From the NCBI GenBank assembly GCA_021108435.1, contig JAIOQY010000170.1, forward strand, positions 1-63,018: a stretch of 63,018 nucleotides of DNA. Reading direction: 5' to 3'. Positions 53,891 through 62,971 of this stretch are shown in pieces. Position 1 is the first letter of the stretch. Each line of letters opens with the position of its first letter. The DNA is from Candidatus Aegiribacteria sp. GTDB lineage: Bacteria; Fermentibacterota; Fermentibacteria; Fermentibacterales; JCC-6. The notes beneath the pieces were generated by a model. It worked only from the letters and a program-made list of their open reading frames with translations, searched no databases and was not told the origin of the DNA. The translations under genes and the position numbers were made by a program.

Positions 53891-54221
53891 TATTATTGGA
53901 ATGGTCTTTATTGGTTTTGGAATCGGATTTGATGTATTCGGCTGTATTGGACTAATCCGTCTTCCTGATGTCTACAATCGTCTTCAGGCAGCGACAAAAT
54001 GTGTTACTCTTGGAACATGCAGCATACTGTTCGGTACGTTTCTGATGGCCGGTGGATTTACACCTACAGGTTTTAAAGCACTGATAGCAATAGTATTCCT
54101 GATTCTCGCGTCTCCTGTGGCCGCCCATGCGGTGTCCAGAGGAGCTCACCGCGCCGGTATCAAGCTCTGGGACAAGAGCGTGGTTGACAGTTACGCCGAG
54201 GACAAAGAGGGAGAAGCTTAG
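53883..54221 (+). CDS. MnhG-family subunit
   Basis: MIDIIGMVFIGFGIGFDVFGCIGLIRLPDVYNRLQAATK. ATG 53883 overlaps the mnhF-like stop (ATGATTGA). The longer ORF from 53730 was rejected. Confidence 0.75.
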   Translation: MIDIIGMVFIGFGIGFDVFGCIGLIRLPDVYNRLQAATKCVTLGTCSILFGTFLMAGGFTPTGFKALIAIVFLILASPVAAHAVSRGAHRAGIKLWDKSVVDSYAEDKEGEA

Positions 54222-54260
54222 AATAACGAATCGCCACTGGCGATACTCACGGATGGAGAT

Positions 54261-54881
54261 ATGAAATATCCAAAGCTCAGAGAACTCGCAGAAGCAATTA
54301 AAGCGGTGGTTAAGGGACCTTATACATCGAAGTTTCCCTCGAAACCACACGTTCCTCATCCAAATTTCAGAGGACAGGTTGTTTATGACGAGGAAAAATG
54401 CCTTGGATGTCTTGCGTGTGTAGAAGCCTGTCCTGCAAATGCGCTGGCGTTCGAAGATATTATCGAAGGAGAGGGATCTCCAAAACGGGTGATGATCCAT
54501 TACACCGATACATGTATTTTCTGCGGTGTCTGTGTTGATACATGTATCAGGGAAACCGGAGATACAGGTATCGTTCAGACGAACGAATGGGAACTCTCAT
54601 ACTTCGATCGCGAAAATGCATTCGAAACTATTGAAAAGGAACTTCAGCTTTGCGAGTTATGCGGGGCTGCCATCGGCACAAAGGATCATCTTGTCTGGCT
54701 TGCTGAAAAACTCGGAGAGCTTTCATATTCAAATCCCACGCTGTACCTTTCACGACTGAAGGAACTCGGCCTGGTAGATGAGAATATAACAACGGTATAC
54801 AAAGACGATGGGCGATCTGACAGAGTCAAGATCCTCTGTGCTGAATGCAGACGGAGAACAGCAACATACCCTGAGGAATAA
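54261..54881 (+). CDS. NuoI/MbhN-like 2x[4Fe-4S] ferredoxin subunit with a C-terminal Cys-pair extension
   Basis: CLGCLACVEACP and CIFCGVCVDTC. Additional CELCG and CAECRR pairs lie in the C-terminal ~80 aa. Confidence 0.8.
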   Translation: MKYPKLRELAEAIKAVVKGPYTSKFPSKPHVPHPNFRGQVVYDEEKCLGCLACVEACPANALAFEDIIEGEGSPKRVMIHYTDTCIFCGVCVDTCIRETGDTGIVQTNEWELSYFDRENAFETIEKELQLCELCGAAIGTKDHLVWLAEKLGELSYSNPTLYLSRLKELGLVDENITTVYKDDGRSDRVKILCAECRRRTATYPEE

Positions 54882-54907
54882 CAGAAACGAATATAAAGTT
54901 ATTACTA

Positions 54908-54940
54908 CCGGTGACATTTGAAAATGTTGCCGGTATTTTG
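54908..54940 (+). terminator. Terminator-like hairpin after the last hydrogenase structural gene
   Basis: CCGGTGACATT (54908-54918) / AATGTTGCCGG (54923-54933): an 11-bp stem with two G-U pairs and loop TGAA, followed by TATTTTG. Confidence 0.45.
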
Positions 54941-54950
54941 CTATATACAC

Positions 54951-54980
54951 GGGGACATACAGGCTCTGCTGTGTGTCCCC
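54951..54980 (+). repeat. 30-nt palindromic hairpin element, copy 2
   Basis: GGGGACATACAG-GCTCTG-CTGTGTGTCCCC, a 12-bp stem (one G-U) with a 6-nt loop. It matches the reverse complement of 70-99 at 28 of 30 positions. Confidence 0.7.
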
Positions 54981-55028
54981 CCAAAACATGTTTCTGGTGC
55001 GTGCCATCGAATACAGAAGGATGGTCAT

Positions 55029-55490
55029 ATGTGCGAATTTAAGAAAAAAATCCGGGATCTGTTGAAAGGGAGAACCGTCTATATGGGGATGGGCAACATC
55101 CTCAGGGGAGACGATGGTATAGGGCCAAAGCTAGTTGAAGTGCTCTGGAAAAAGGGTGCTAGAGCTGTGGATGCCGGTACTGTTCCCGAGAATTATATAG
55201 GTTCGGTGAAAAGGCTTGAACCTGATATAATAGTTATGATTGATGCAGTGCACCTTGGAAAGGAACCGGGATCAGTTGAGCTGCTGAAGCGGGATGAAAT
55301 ACTGGAGAACAGCGGTTTCAGCACACACAGTCTTTCACCGGTTCTGGTGATGGAACGGCTGGAAAGCGAGACAGGAGCCGCAGTATTCATGCTGGCTATT
55401 CAACCTGGGACTCTCGAGTTTGGTGCTCCGTTGTCCCCGGCAGTTAACAGTTTATTGACAACCCTCCCCGACCTCCTCCCAGGGACGTAG
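55029..55490 (+). CDS. hycI: Hydrogenase maturation endopeptidase (HycI/HyaD family)
   Basis: VYMGMGNILRGDDGIGPKLV, MIDAV and FSTHSLSP. ATG 55029 was chosen. Confidence 0.8.
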   Translation: MCEFKKKIRDLLKGRTVYMGMGNILRGDDGIGPKLVEVLWKKGARAVDAGTVPENYIGSVKRLEPDIIVMIDAVHLGKEPGSVELLKRDEILENSGFSTHSLSPVLVMERLESETGAAVFMLAIQPGTLEFGAPLSPAVNSLLTTLPDLLPGT

Positions 55491-55526
55491 CACACTTCTT
55501 CAACTTATACTTCATCATCTCTTCAA

Positions 55527-57146
55527 TTGGATTGGGACCATGTGAGCATTGAAATTCGAGCTGAACAGAGATCAAGACGTTCCGAAGGGGGGAAAGTAGT
55601 TGTATATCTGGCAATCATTGTTGCTATTTCGGTTTTCCTTCTGATTAACACTTTCGGAGTTCAACTGGTTGACGATGGCTATTACTATCTGGAGATCGCC
55701 CGGAATATCTCCTGTGGAAACGGTATTACATTTGACGGAATAAACAGAACAAACGGTTTTCATCCATTATGGCAGGCTATGCTTGTTCCGGTATTTCTGA
55801 TGACCCGGAGCAGAGCTCTTGCCGCTCAGGCTGTAACCATGCTTCAGACGCTACTTTTTGCAGCAAGTGGTTTTGTACTTTACAGGATTTTAATTGAGAA
55901 TACGAAGAAAATCCTCCTTTCAGTCGCAGCTGCTGCTTTCTGGCTTCTGAATTTCTGGTTCTGGAGCAAGGGAGCCCTGTCAGGAATGGAGACCGGACTC
56001 CTGATCTTATGTTACGGGATAAGTCTTCTTCTCTTTGCCCGCTCACTTCGTGGATTGTACAGTACATGGCCGCTTTCCATTTCCCTTATCGCAACCTGCA
56101 TGGCCAGGCTGGATTCACTTGCCCTTGTTTTTGGAGTCTGTCTGATCTTCACTCTTTCTGGAAGGTTCCGTGATGCCCTTCGCACAGGACTTCCGGTGAT
56201 GATCTATCTGATACTGTATGTGATTGTCAATAAGCTGTATTTCGGGGGAATATTCCCCGTTTCAGGATACATTAAATCCGCTGCAGGTAGTGAACTTCTA
56301 AGACAGTTGCTCGAAAATGGAGACATTGGATTTTTTCAGCATGGAGTAAATAATTTTGTTAATTTTGCCACCCTTGGAGGACGCCTTCCTCTTCCAGCCG
56401 CGCTTGCGGTTGTTGGGGGAGTCATCTGGGCAGCTGTGTGGTTTATAAGAACCGAAGTTACTTCGAACAGGGAACTGATGGCTGTGTGCTGCTGCTACAC
56501 TGTTTTTCTTCTGTTCTATTACTCCTTCATGTACGAATCGCTTCTGGATGTATATACCTATTACTGGTTTCCTGTGATTTTCGGAGTAATGATTTCATTT
56601 GTTCTTCTATTATCAAGAATAAGAATCAGATTACTCAGACAGGGAATTACATGGATTCTTCTTGCGGGACTTGTCGTTTTCAATATCGTGTATGCCAATG
56701 ATCGTCTTCAGGGATATTCGTTTGTGATTCCGGATTCCCAAAGACCCGAGCGGAATGGTGTTGATTTTCTGAACACACTTGACGACGGGACAGTGATTGG
56801 ATCGTGGGATGCAGGATATGTAGGATATTACTGCAAACATCGGATCGTGAATCTGGATGGTCTTGTCAACAATTACGAATATCAGAGAATTCTGCATGAT
56901 CAGGGTCTCGAAAAATACCTTTATATGCAGAACATTACATGTATTGCAAACATTGATCATTTCACAGGCACTCGCGATATGATAGAACGCATGTCGGGGT
57001 GGTATCAGGTATTTGAGGATTCGAGCGAATTTCCCAATCCTGTTTCACTATTTTCAGTATCTGAGGATGGGAGTCTTTATGCGTCACGGCAGTCCAGAGT
57101 ATTTTTCGTATACTGCCGATCAGTCGTTTTTCAACCTGAAAACTGA
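55527..57146 (+). CDS. Polytopic membrane protein, possibly a GT-C-fold glycosyltransferase
   Basis: About 12 or more hydrophobic segments. The first loop reads LVDDGYYYLEIARNISCGNGITFDGINRTNGFHPLW, an acidic motif next to the first TM as in the ArnT/PMT class. A soluble ~150-aa C-terminal domain follows. TTG start. The family assignment is tentative. Confidence 0.45.
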   Translation: MDWDHVSIEIRAEQRSRRSEGGKVVVYLAIIVAISVFLLINTFGVQLVDDGYYYLEIARNISCGNGITFDGINRTNGFHPLWQAMLVPVFLMTRSRALAAQAVTMLQTLLFAASGFVLYRILIENTKKILLSVAAAAFWLLNFWFWSKGALSGMETGLLILCYGISLLLFARSLRGLYSTWPLSISLIATCMARLDSLALVFGVCLIFTLSGRFRDALRTGLPVMIYLILYVIVNKLYFGGIFPVSGYIKSAAGSELLRQLLENGDIGFFQHGVNNFVNFATLGGRLPLPAALAVVGGVIWAAVWFIRTEVTSNRELMAVCCCYTVFLLFYYSFMYESLLDVYTYYWFPVIFGVMISFVLLLSRIRIRLLRQGITWILLAGLVVFNIVYANDRLQGYSFVIPDSQRPERNGVDFLNTLDDGTVIGSWDAGYVGYYCKHRIVNLDGLVNNYEYQRILHDQGLEKYLYMQNITCIANIDHFTGTRDMIERMSGWYQVFEDSSEFPNPVSLFSVSEDGSLYASRQSRVFFVYCRSVVFQPEN

Positions 57147-57799
57147 TTTTCCAGGAAACCGCAGAATTCTTCGATTCCTTCGCCCGTTTTCGCCGAGACG
57201 GTGAATACAAGGACTTCCGGATTAAGACTTCTGCATTCATCTATCGTTCTGTCTACGTCGAAATCAATGTGGGGGAGAAGATCCATCTTGTTGATCAAAA
57301 GTACTGATATCCTGCTGAAAAGGGAGGGATACTTAAGTATCTTGTCATCACCCTCTGGCAGGGAAATGAGTCCTATCTTGAGGTTCTCACCAAGATCGTA
57401 ACCGCTTGGACAAATCAGATTGCCCACATTCTCGATACAGAGCAAAGCGAGTTCATCCGATTCAAGATCCATGTGTCCAAGAGCGTGATTAACTGCTTCA
57501 GCATCGAGATGACAGGAACCGCCGGTTTCTATCTGCCAGGCCTGGCATCCTGCTTTTCTTACTCGTTCCGCATCGCGGTCAGTTTGCACATCTCCTTCAA
57601 TAACAGCCATCTTCGATCCGAAAAAACGGGCCATTGATTCGAGAAGTGTGGTTTTACCGGCACCTGGAGAACTGATAAGATTAAGTGTGAATATTTTCTT
57701 CCCACTCAGCAATTCCCTGTTAGACGCAGCAAAACGGTCGTTCTTATCCATGACAGGGGTGGAGATGTTCACTGTCTGTTTTGTGGTATCATCGCACAT
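57131..57799 (-). CDS. hypB: Hydrogenase nickel-incorporation GTPase
   Basis: P-loop SSPGAGKTTLLE, IEGDVQT, metal site CHLDA, ENVGNLICP and NKMDL. Confidence 0.9.
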   Translation of the reverse strand: MCDDTTKQTVNISTPVMDKNDRFAASNRELLSGKKIFTLNLISSPGAGKTTLLESMARFFGSKMAVIEGDVQTDRDAERVRKAGCQAWQIETGGSCHLDAEAVNHALGHMDLESDELALLCIENVGNLICPSGYDLGENLKIGLISLPEGDDKILKYPSLFSRISVLLINKMDLLPHIDFDVDRTIDECRSLNPEVLVFTVSAKTGEGIEEFCGFLENQFSG

Positions 57800-57800
57800 A

Positions 57801-58148
57801 TCAGTCTGTTCCTTCCATGATCTCTACGCTGTCTACCGTAAATTCTCTTCCTGACAGTATCTTTCTGTTGAAGGAACCGCACGATGGACAGCCCTGGTAA
57901 AATTCCTTTGCCTGGTACTCAGCATCGCAGTCAAGGCAGATAAGTTTTGCTTCTGTTTCAGTTATTACAAGCCTTGGTTCACCGAATCCCTCCATCTTTG
58001 CCACTTCTGTGAAGCAGAATCGGAGGGATTCAGGAGATATTCCTGACAGCGGACCAATGGTAATGTTCACCGTATCCAGAGGTTTGCATCCTCCAAGAAC
58101 TTTACCAATGATCCTTGTCATATCTTTCGCAAGAGATAGTTCGTGCAT
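57801..58148 (-). CDS. hypA: Hydrogenase nickel-insertion protein
   Basis: An MHELSL N-terminus and the zinc motifs CLDCDAEY and CPSCGS. Length is 115 aa. Confidence 0.9.
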   Translation of the reverse strand: MHELSLAKDMTRIIGKVLGGCKPLDTVNITIGPLSGISPESLRFCFTEVAKMEGFGEPRLVITETEAKLICLDCDAEYQAKEFYQGCPSCGSFNRKILSGREFTVDSVEIMEGTD

Positions 58149-58192
58149 TACGCTCCGATCATTGATCGGTGTATGGTCTGAAACTGCTTTAG

Positions 58193-60532
58193 ATGGTAGA
58201 ATATACGCTGTATTCAGCAGGAGATGTACCCCGATCGAAGTCCGGAGAAGTTGATTTGAAGCGACTTAGAATGGAAATCCACGGAGCTGTACAGGGTGTC
58301 GGATTCAGGCCTTTCGTATACCGGCTGGCTGACAGTTTTGATGTTACAGGATGGGTATGCAATGCTGCAGCCGGTGTGATACTCGAGATTGAGGGAGAAG
58401 AAGCAGTTCTGCGGAGGTTCGGGGAAGCGGTGGAAAAAGAAAAACCGGCTCTTTCCATTATTCAGGATGTCACCAGAGAATATCTTGATCCTATTGGATA
58501 CATCGGTTTTGAGATCAGGAAGAGTACTGGAGGAGAGAGAAGAGTTCTTGTTCTTCCTGATATATCTACATGTGATGATTGTCTGGAAGATATAATGGAC
58601 CCTGAAAACAGAAGATATCGATATCCGTTTACCAACTGTACCAATTGCGGTCCGAGATACTCAATCATCAAATCCATCCCTTACGACAGACCTGCTACGA
58701 CAATGGCCAGTTTCCAAATGTGTAAGAAGTGCCTATCCGAGTACGAAAATCCTTCCAACAGGAGGTTTCACGCACAGCCGAACGCATGTCCTGAGTGTGG
58801 ACCGCATCTTGAACTCTGGAATCACAGCGGCAAAATTCTTGCGGAAAGAGATGAAGCCTTAAGGAGAACAGCATCCGCAATACTCGATGGTAAAATCGTA
58901 GCAGTAAAGGGGCTTGGCGGATTTCATCTGATTGCTCTCGCAAGCTCTGATAAAGCCATCCAGCTCCTGAGGAAGCGAAAGGGCAGGAAAACCAAACCTT
59001 TTGCTCTGATGTTTCCCTCTTCAGATATGATCTCAACCTTCTGCGAAGTATCAGAAATGGAACAGGATTTGCTCAGATCTCCCGAATCCCCGATTGTTCT
59101 GCTCAAAAAGCTGGAAGATCATGGATCTTCTAATATACTCTCGGATTTCATTTGTCCTGGGAACCCTGATCTTGGTGTCATGCTTCCATATACACCTCTT
59201 CACCATCTTCTCCTGCAGGAGATTGGCGAGCCTGTTGTAGCAACCAGCGGTAACCTTTCCGATGAACCCATATGCACAGATGAAAAGGAAGCCTTAAAAA
59301 GATTATCCGGTCTGGCGGATCTGTTCCTTATTCACAACCGCCCTATAGCAAGGCATGTTGATGATTCAATAGTACGGGTGGTGGATGGCAGGGAGATGGT
59401 TCTAAGACGAGCCAGAGGGTACGCTCCTCTGCCGGTAAGGATGAATAAGGAATCCGATGCGATATTGGCTGTCGGAGCACATCTTAAGAATACTCTGGCG
59501 CTCTCGATAGGTAATAATGTTTTTGTAAGTCAGCATATCGGAGACATGGAGACGCCTCAGGCAGTTAAAGCATATGAGGAAGTATGGAGCAGCATAGAGT
59601 CGCTTTACCATGCCAAACCAAAAAAAATCATTCATGACATGCATCCGGAATACATCTCTACAAAATTCGCTGTGGAATCCGGTCTTCCAGCGTTTCCGGT
59701 GCAGCATCATGTAGCTCATATCTGTTCCTGTATGCTCGATAACGGATTAAACCCTCCACTCCTTGGAGTATCATGGGACGGAACTGGATATGGCACTGAC
59801 GGTAAAATATGGGGAGGGGAATTCTTTTACATAGGCAAGGAATCCATTGAGAGAATTGCACATCTGAGAGAATTCAGGCTTCCAGGAGGAGAAAAGGCCA
59901 TAAGGGAACCGAGAAGATCAGCACTCGGACTTCTGTCAGAGATGTTCGATGATTCAGACCGGTACGTTCCGCCTGATGTATTTACGGAAGAAGAGCTTAC
60001 CGTATTGAAACGGATGCTGAAGAACGATCTTAATTCACCTTATACTTCGAGCGCGGGAAGACTTTTTGATGTGGTTTCGTCAATGCTCGGACTTTGTCAG
60101 ACAAATGAATTCGAGGGTCAGGCAGCGATGCTGCTTGAATATGCTGCTGCGGGAGTTGAAACTGATGATTCGTATAATCTTTTACTGGATAGAAGCGCTG
60201 GAAAACCCTGGATACTGGACTGGGAATCTCTTATCAATGATATAATCGAAGATATTGCCATCGGGGAGAAAACATCCTTGATCTCTGCTAGGTTTCATAA
60301 CGCGCTTGCTGAGGGAATAGTATCTGTGGCTGAGATAATCGGGGAGAAAAGAGTGGCTCTAAGCGGCGGGTGTTTTCAGAACGTATATCTGGCAGAAAGA
60401 ACAGCAGATCTGCTTCGGAAGAGAGGGTTCACGCCAGTTCTGCACAGGAGAATACCACCGAATGACGGCGGTATAGCTCCAGGACAGATATTTGCAGCGG
60501 TGAATCTATACGAACAAATGACAGGAGATTAA
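58193..60532 (+). CDS. hypF: Carbamoyltransferase HypF
   Basis: An acylphosphatase domain (GAVQGVGFRPFVYRLA), two zinc-finger pairs (CDDCLEDI...CTNCGPRYSI; CKKCLSEY...CPECGP), and YrdC-like and Kae1-like regions. Confidence 0.9.
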   Translation: MVEYTLYSAGDVPRSKSGEVDLKRLRMEIHGAVQGVGFRPFVYRLADSFDVTGWVCNAAAGVILEIEGEEAVLRRFGEAVEKEKPALSIIQDVTREYLDPIGYIGFEIRKSTGGERRVLVLPDISTCDDCLEDIMDPENRRYRYPFTNCTNCGPRYSIIKSIPYDRPATTMASFQMCKKCLSEYENPSNRRFHAQPNACPECGPHLELWNHSGKILAERDEALRRTASAILDGKIVAVKGLGGFHLIALASSDKAIQLLRKRKGRKTKPFALMFPSSDMISTFCEVSEMEQDLLRSPESPIVLLKKLEDHGSSNILSDFICPGNPDLGVMLPYTPLHHLLLQEIGEPVVATSGNLSDEPICTDEKEALKRLSGLADLFLIHNRPIARHVDDSIVRVVDGREMVLRRARGYAPLPVRMNKESDAILAVGAHLKNTLALSIGNNVFVSQHIGDMETPQAVKAYEEVWSSIESLYHAKPKKIIHDMHPEYISTKFAVESGLPAFPVQHHVAHICSCMLDNGLNPPLLGVSWDGTGYGTDGKIWGGEFFYIGKESIERIAHLREFRLPGGEKAIREPRRSALGLLSEMFDDSDRYVPPDVFTEEELTVLKRMLKNDLNSPYTSSAGRLFDVVSSMLGLCQTNEFEGQAAMLLEYAAAGVETDDSYNLLLDRSAGKPWILDWESLINDIIEDIAIGEKTSLISARFHNALAEGIVSVAEIIGEKRVALSGGCFQNVYLAERTADLLRKRGFTPVLHRRIPPNDGGIAPGQIFAAVNLYEQMTGD

Positions 60533-60534
60533 GG

Positions 60535-60837
60535 ATGTGTCTTGGAGTGCCGGGAAGGATTGAAGAGATTATCCAGGGAGACGATCCGATCTTCAGGACT
60601 GGAAAAGTGAGTTTCGGCGGAATCCTGCGTGATATAAGTCTGGCAGGGGTCAGTAATGCAGAAGTTGGTGACTGGGTTATTGTTCATGCCGGTTTTGCTC
60701 TGAACAAATTGAATGAGGATGAAGCAACTGAGGTTTTCAAATATCTCAGGCAGATTTCGGAATATGGTAAAGAAGAACTTAAAAGCGATCATAATACCTT
60801 ACAACGAAATATTATACCCGATACGGGTACATCTTGA
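60535..60837 (+). CDS. hypC: Hydrogenase assembly chaperone HypC
   Basis: The invariant N-terminus MCLGVPGRI. Length is 100 aa. Confidence 0.9.
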   Translation: MCLGVPGRIEEIIQGDDPIFRTGKVSFGGILRDISLAGVSNAEVGDWVIVHAGFALNKLNEDEATEVFKYLRQISEYGKEELKSDHNTLQRNIIPDTGTS

Positions 60838-61931
60838 AATATGTTTCAGAATACCGTGATCGAGCAGCAGCTGAGGAGTATGCTGAAAGAATTAATCAGC
60901 TGGTTTCCAGGGAATGGACAATAATGGAAGTATGTGGTGGACAGACCCATTCCATTCTTAAATACGGTATCGATAAGCTTCTTCCGAAAAGTATATCACT
61001 GATTCACGGTCCTGGATGTCCTGTATGTGTGACCCCGATTGAACTGATCGATCAGGCGATTGAAATAGCCGGTAATAAGAATGTCATTCTCTGTTCTTTC
61101 GGTGATATGCTTCGAGTACCTGGCAGCACACAGGATCTGATGGGTGTCAGGGCTTCCGGTGGAGACATTAGAATAGTCTATTCACCAATTGATGCTGTGA
61201 AGATCGCAGAACAGAACCCGCTAAAAAATGTTGTGTTCTTCGGAGTAGGTTTCGAAACAACAGTTCCTGTAACAGCAGCAGCAATCATACAGGCAGATCA
61301 TCTTAACCTGGATAATTTCTATATGCTCGTATCGCACGTTCTTGTTCCGCCTGCAATGCAAGCGGTTCTCTCAAATCCCGAATGCCGAGTGCAGGGATTC
61401 CTTGCAGCCGGGCATGTCTGTTCAATAATGGGTTACATTGAATACGAGTCTATTGCAAGAGAGTACAACGTACCCATAGTTGTTACCGGTTTTGAACCAC
61501 TCGATATCCTTGAGGGAATTCACATGTGCCTGAAGCAGCTGGAGGAAAGCAGGGCGGAAGTTGAAAACCAGTACACGCGCTCAGTAAACAGGAATGGTAA
61601 TCCCGAAGCCATCGATATGATACGTGAAGTATTTAAAGTAATTGACAGGAAATGGCGGGGGATAGGTGCAATACCGGCAAGTGGACTCGGGTTGAGGGAT
61701 AAATATTCGAAATTCGACGCCGCAGAACGATTCGGTGTCAGCGGACATACAGTCGAGGAGTCAGGCGAATGCATATCAGGACAGGTTTTAACAGGTGAGA
61801 AAAAACCTGACGAATGTACCGCTTTCGGTGGTAAATGTACCCCGGAACATCCACTTGGAGCCCTGATGGTATCATCCGAGGGAGCATGTGCTGCATATTA
61901 TCGCTACAGATTAACCAGGAGTAACCGATGA
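60834..61931 (+). CDS. hypD: Hydrogenase maturation protein HypD
   Basis: [37 protein letters not shown] and GFETT. TTG start overlaps the hypC stop. Confidence 0.9.
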   Translation: MKYVSEYRDRAAAEEYAERINQLVSREWTIMEVCGGQTHSILKYGIDKLLPKSISLIHGPGCPVCVTPIELIDQAIEIAGNKNVILCSFGDMLRVPGSTQDLMGVRASGGDIRIVYSPIDAVKIAEQNPLKNVVFFGVGFETTVPVTAAAIIQADHLNLDNFYMLVSHVLVPPAMQAVLSNPECRVQGFLAAGHVCSIMGYIEYESIAREYNVPIVVTGFEPLDILEGIHMCLKQLEESRAEVENQYTRSVNRNGNPEAIDMIREVFKVIDRKWRGIGAIPASGLGLRDKYSKFDAAERFGVSGHTVEESGECISGQVLTGEKKPDECTAFGGKCTPEHPLGALMVSSEGACAAYYRYRLTRSNR

Positions 61932-62971
61932 TTCCAAACGAAAGCTGCCCTATACCTCTATCTGATTACCCTGAAGTAACCATGGCGCACGGCGGCGGTG
62001 GAAAGCTCATGCATGACCTAATCAGCAGGATGATGTACAGAGTCTTCTCAAATCCAATTCTGGATGCTCAGCATGATGGGGCTGTTCTTAAAATCAAAGG
62101 CGGGAAAATTGCATTTTCTACCGATTCGCATGTAATTACCCCTCTGTTCTTTCCGGGAGGTGATATCGGATATCTTTCCGTATACGGAACTGTTAACGAT
62201 CTTGCTATGTGCGGAGCAAAACCCGAATGGTTGAGCGCCAGCTTCATACTTGAGGAAGGACTCCCAATGGAAACCCTCTGGAGGGTTGTTCAATCGATGG
62301 GAGAAGCCGCTGAAAGAACAGGTGTATCAATTGTAACAGGAGACACAAAGGTTGTTGACAGAGGTAAGGGCGACGGGATCTATATCAATACTGCTGGAGT
62401 GGGTGTTATCCCTGACGGTGTAGATATCAGCCCATCCAGGGTTAGAAAAGGAGATTCCATTATTCTCAGTGGTGACATTGGACGGCACGGAATCGCCATC
62501 ATGGCCATTCGTGAAGGAATCGATTTCCAGACGGTCATTCAGAGTGATCTTGCGCCCCTTGACAGAATAGTCTCAGAACTGCTTGAAGCTGATCTCGATA
62601 TTCACTGTATGAGGGATCTTACAAGGGGAGGGCTTGCCAGCGGTCTGAATGAAATCGCTTCTGCCGGTAAAGTTTCAATAAATATCAGGGAGAGCCTTAT
62701 CCCTGTTCGTGATGATGTTCTTGGAGCCTGCGAGATACTTGGATTTGATTCGCTCTACGTTGCCAATGAGGGGAGATTCGTTGTTATACTTCCCGAAGAG
62801 AATGCCGAAAAGGCTGTTGATATTCTTCAAAAATATGAAGACAGCCGACAGGCAACCATCATTGGACATGTTGCAGAAGCATCATATGCTGATGTAATCA
62901 TGGAAAGCAGCATTGGAGCTGAGAGAATCGTTGACATGATGAGCGGCGAACAACTTCCCCGAATCTGCTGA
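61928..62971 (+). CDS. hypE: Hydrogenase maturation protein HypE
   Basis: MAHGGGGK, the AIR-synthase-like fold, and the invariant C-terminus PRIC. Confidence 0.9.
   Translation: MIPNESCPIPLSDYPEVTMAHGGGGKLMHDLISRMMYRVFSNPILDAQHDGAVLKIKGGKIAFSTDSHVITPLFFPGGDIGYLSVYGTVNDLAMCGAKPEWLSASFILEEGLPMETLWRVVQSMGEAAERTGVSIVTGDTKVVDRGKGDGIYINTAGVGVIPDGVDISPSRVRKGDSIILSGDIGRHGIAIMAIREGIDFQTVIQSDLAPLDRIVSELLEADLDIHCMRDLTRGGLASGLNEIASAGKVSINIRESLIPVRDDVLGACEILGFDSLYVANEGRFVVILPEENAEKAVDILQKYEDSRQATIIGHVAEASYADVIMESSIGAERIVDMMSGEQLPRIC

Noticed and set aside
54918-55028. N-terminal extension of the hycI ORF from TTG 54918 (MKMLPVFCYIHGDIQALLCVPP...)
   Set aside because: The TTG sits in the loop of the terminator-like hairpin and the extension reads straight through the 30-nt GGGGACA hairpin. 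HycI-family similarity only begins after ATG 55029.
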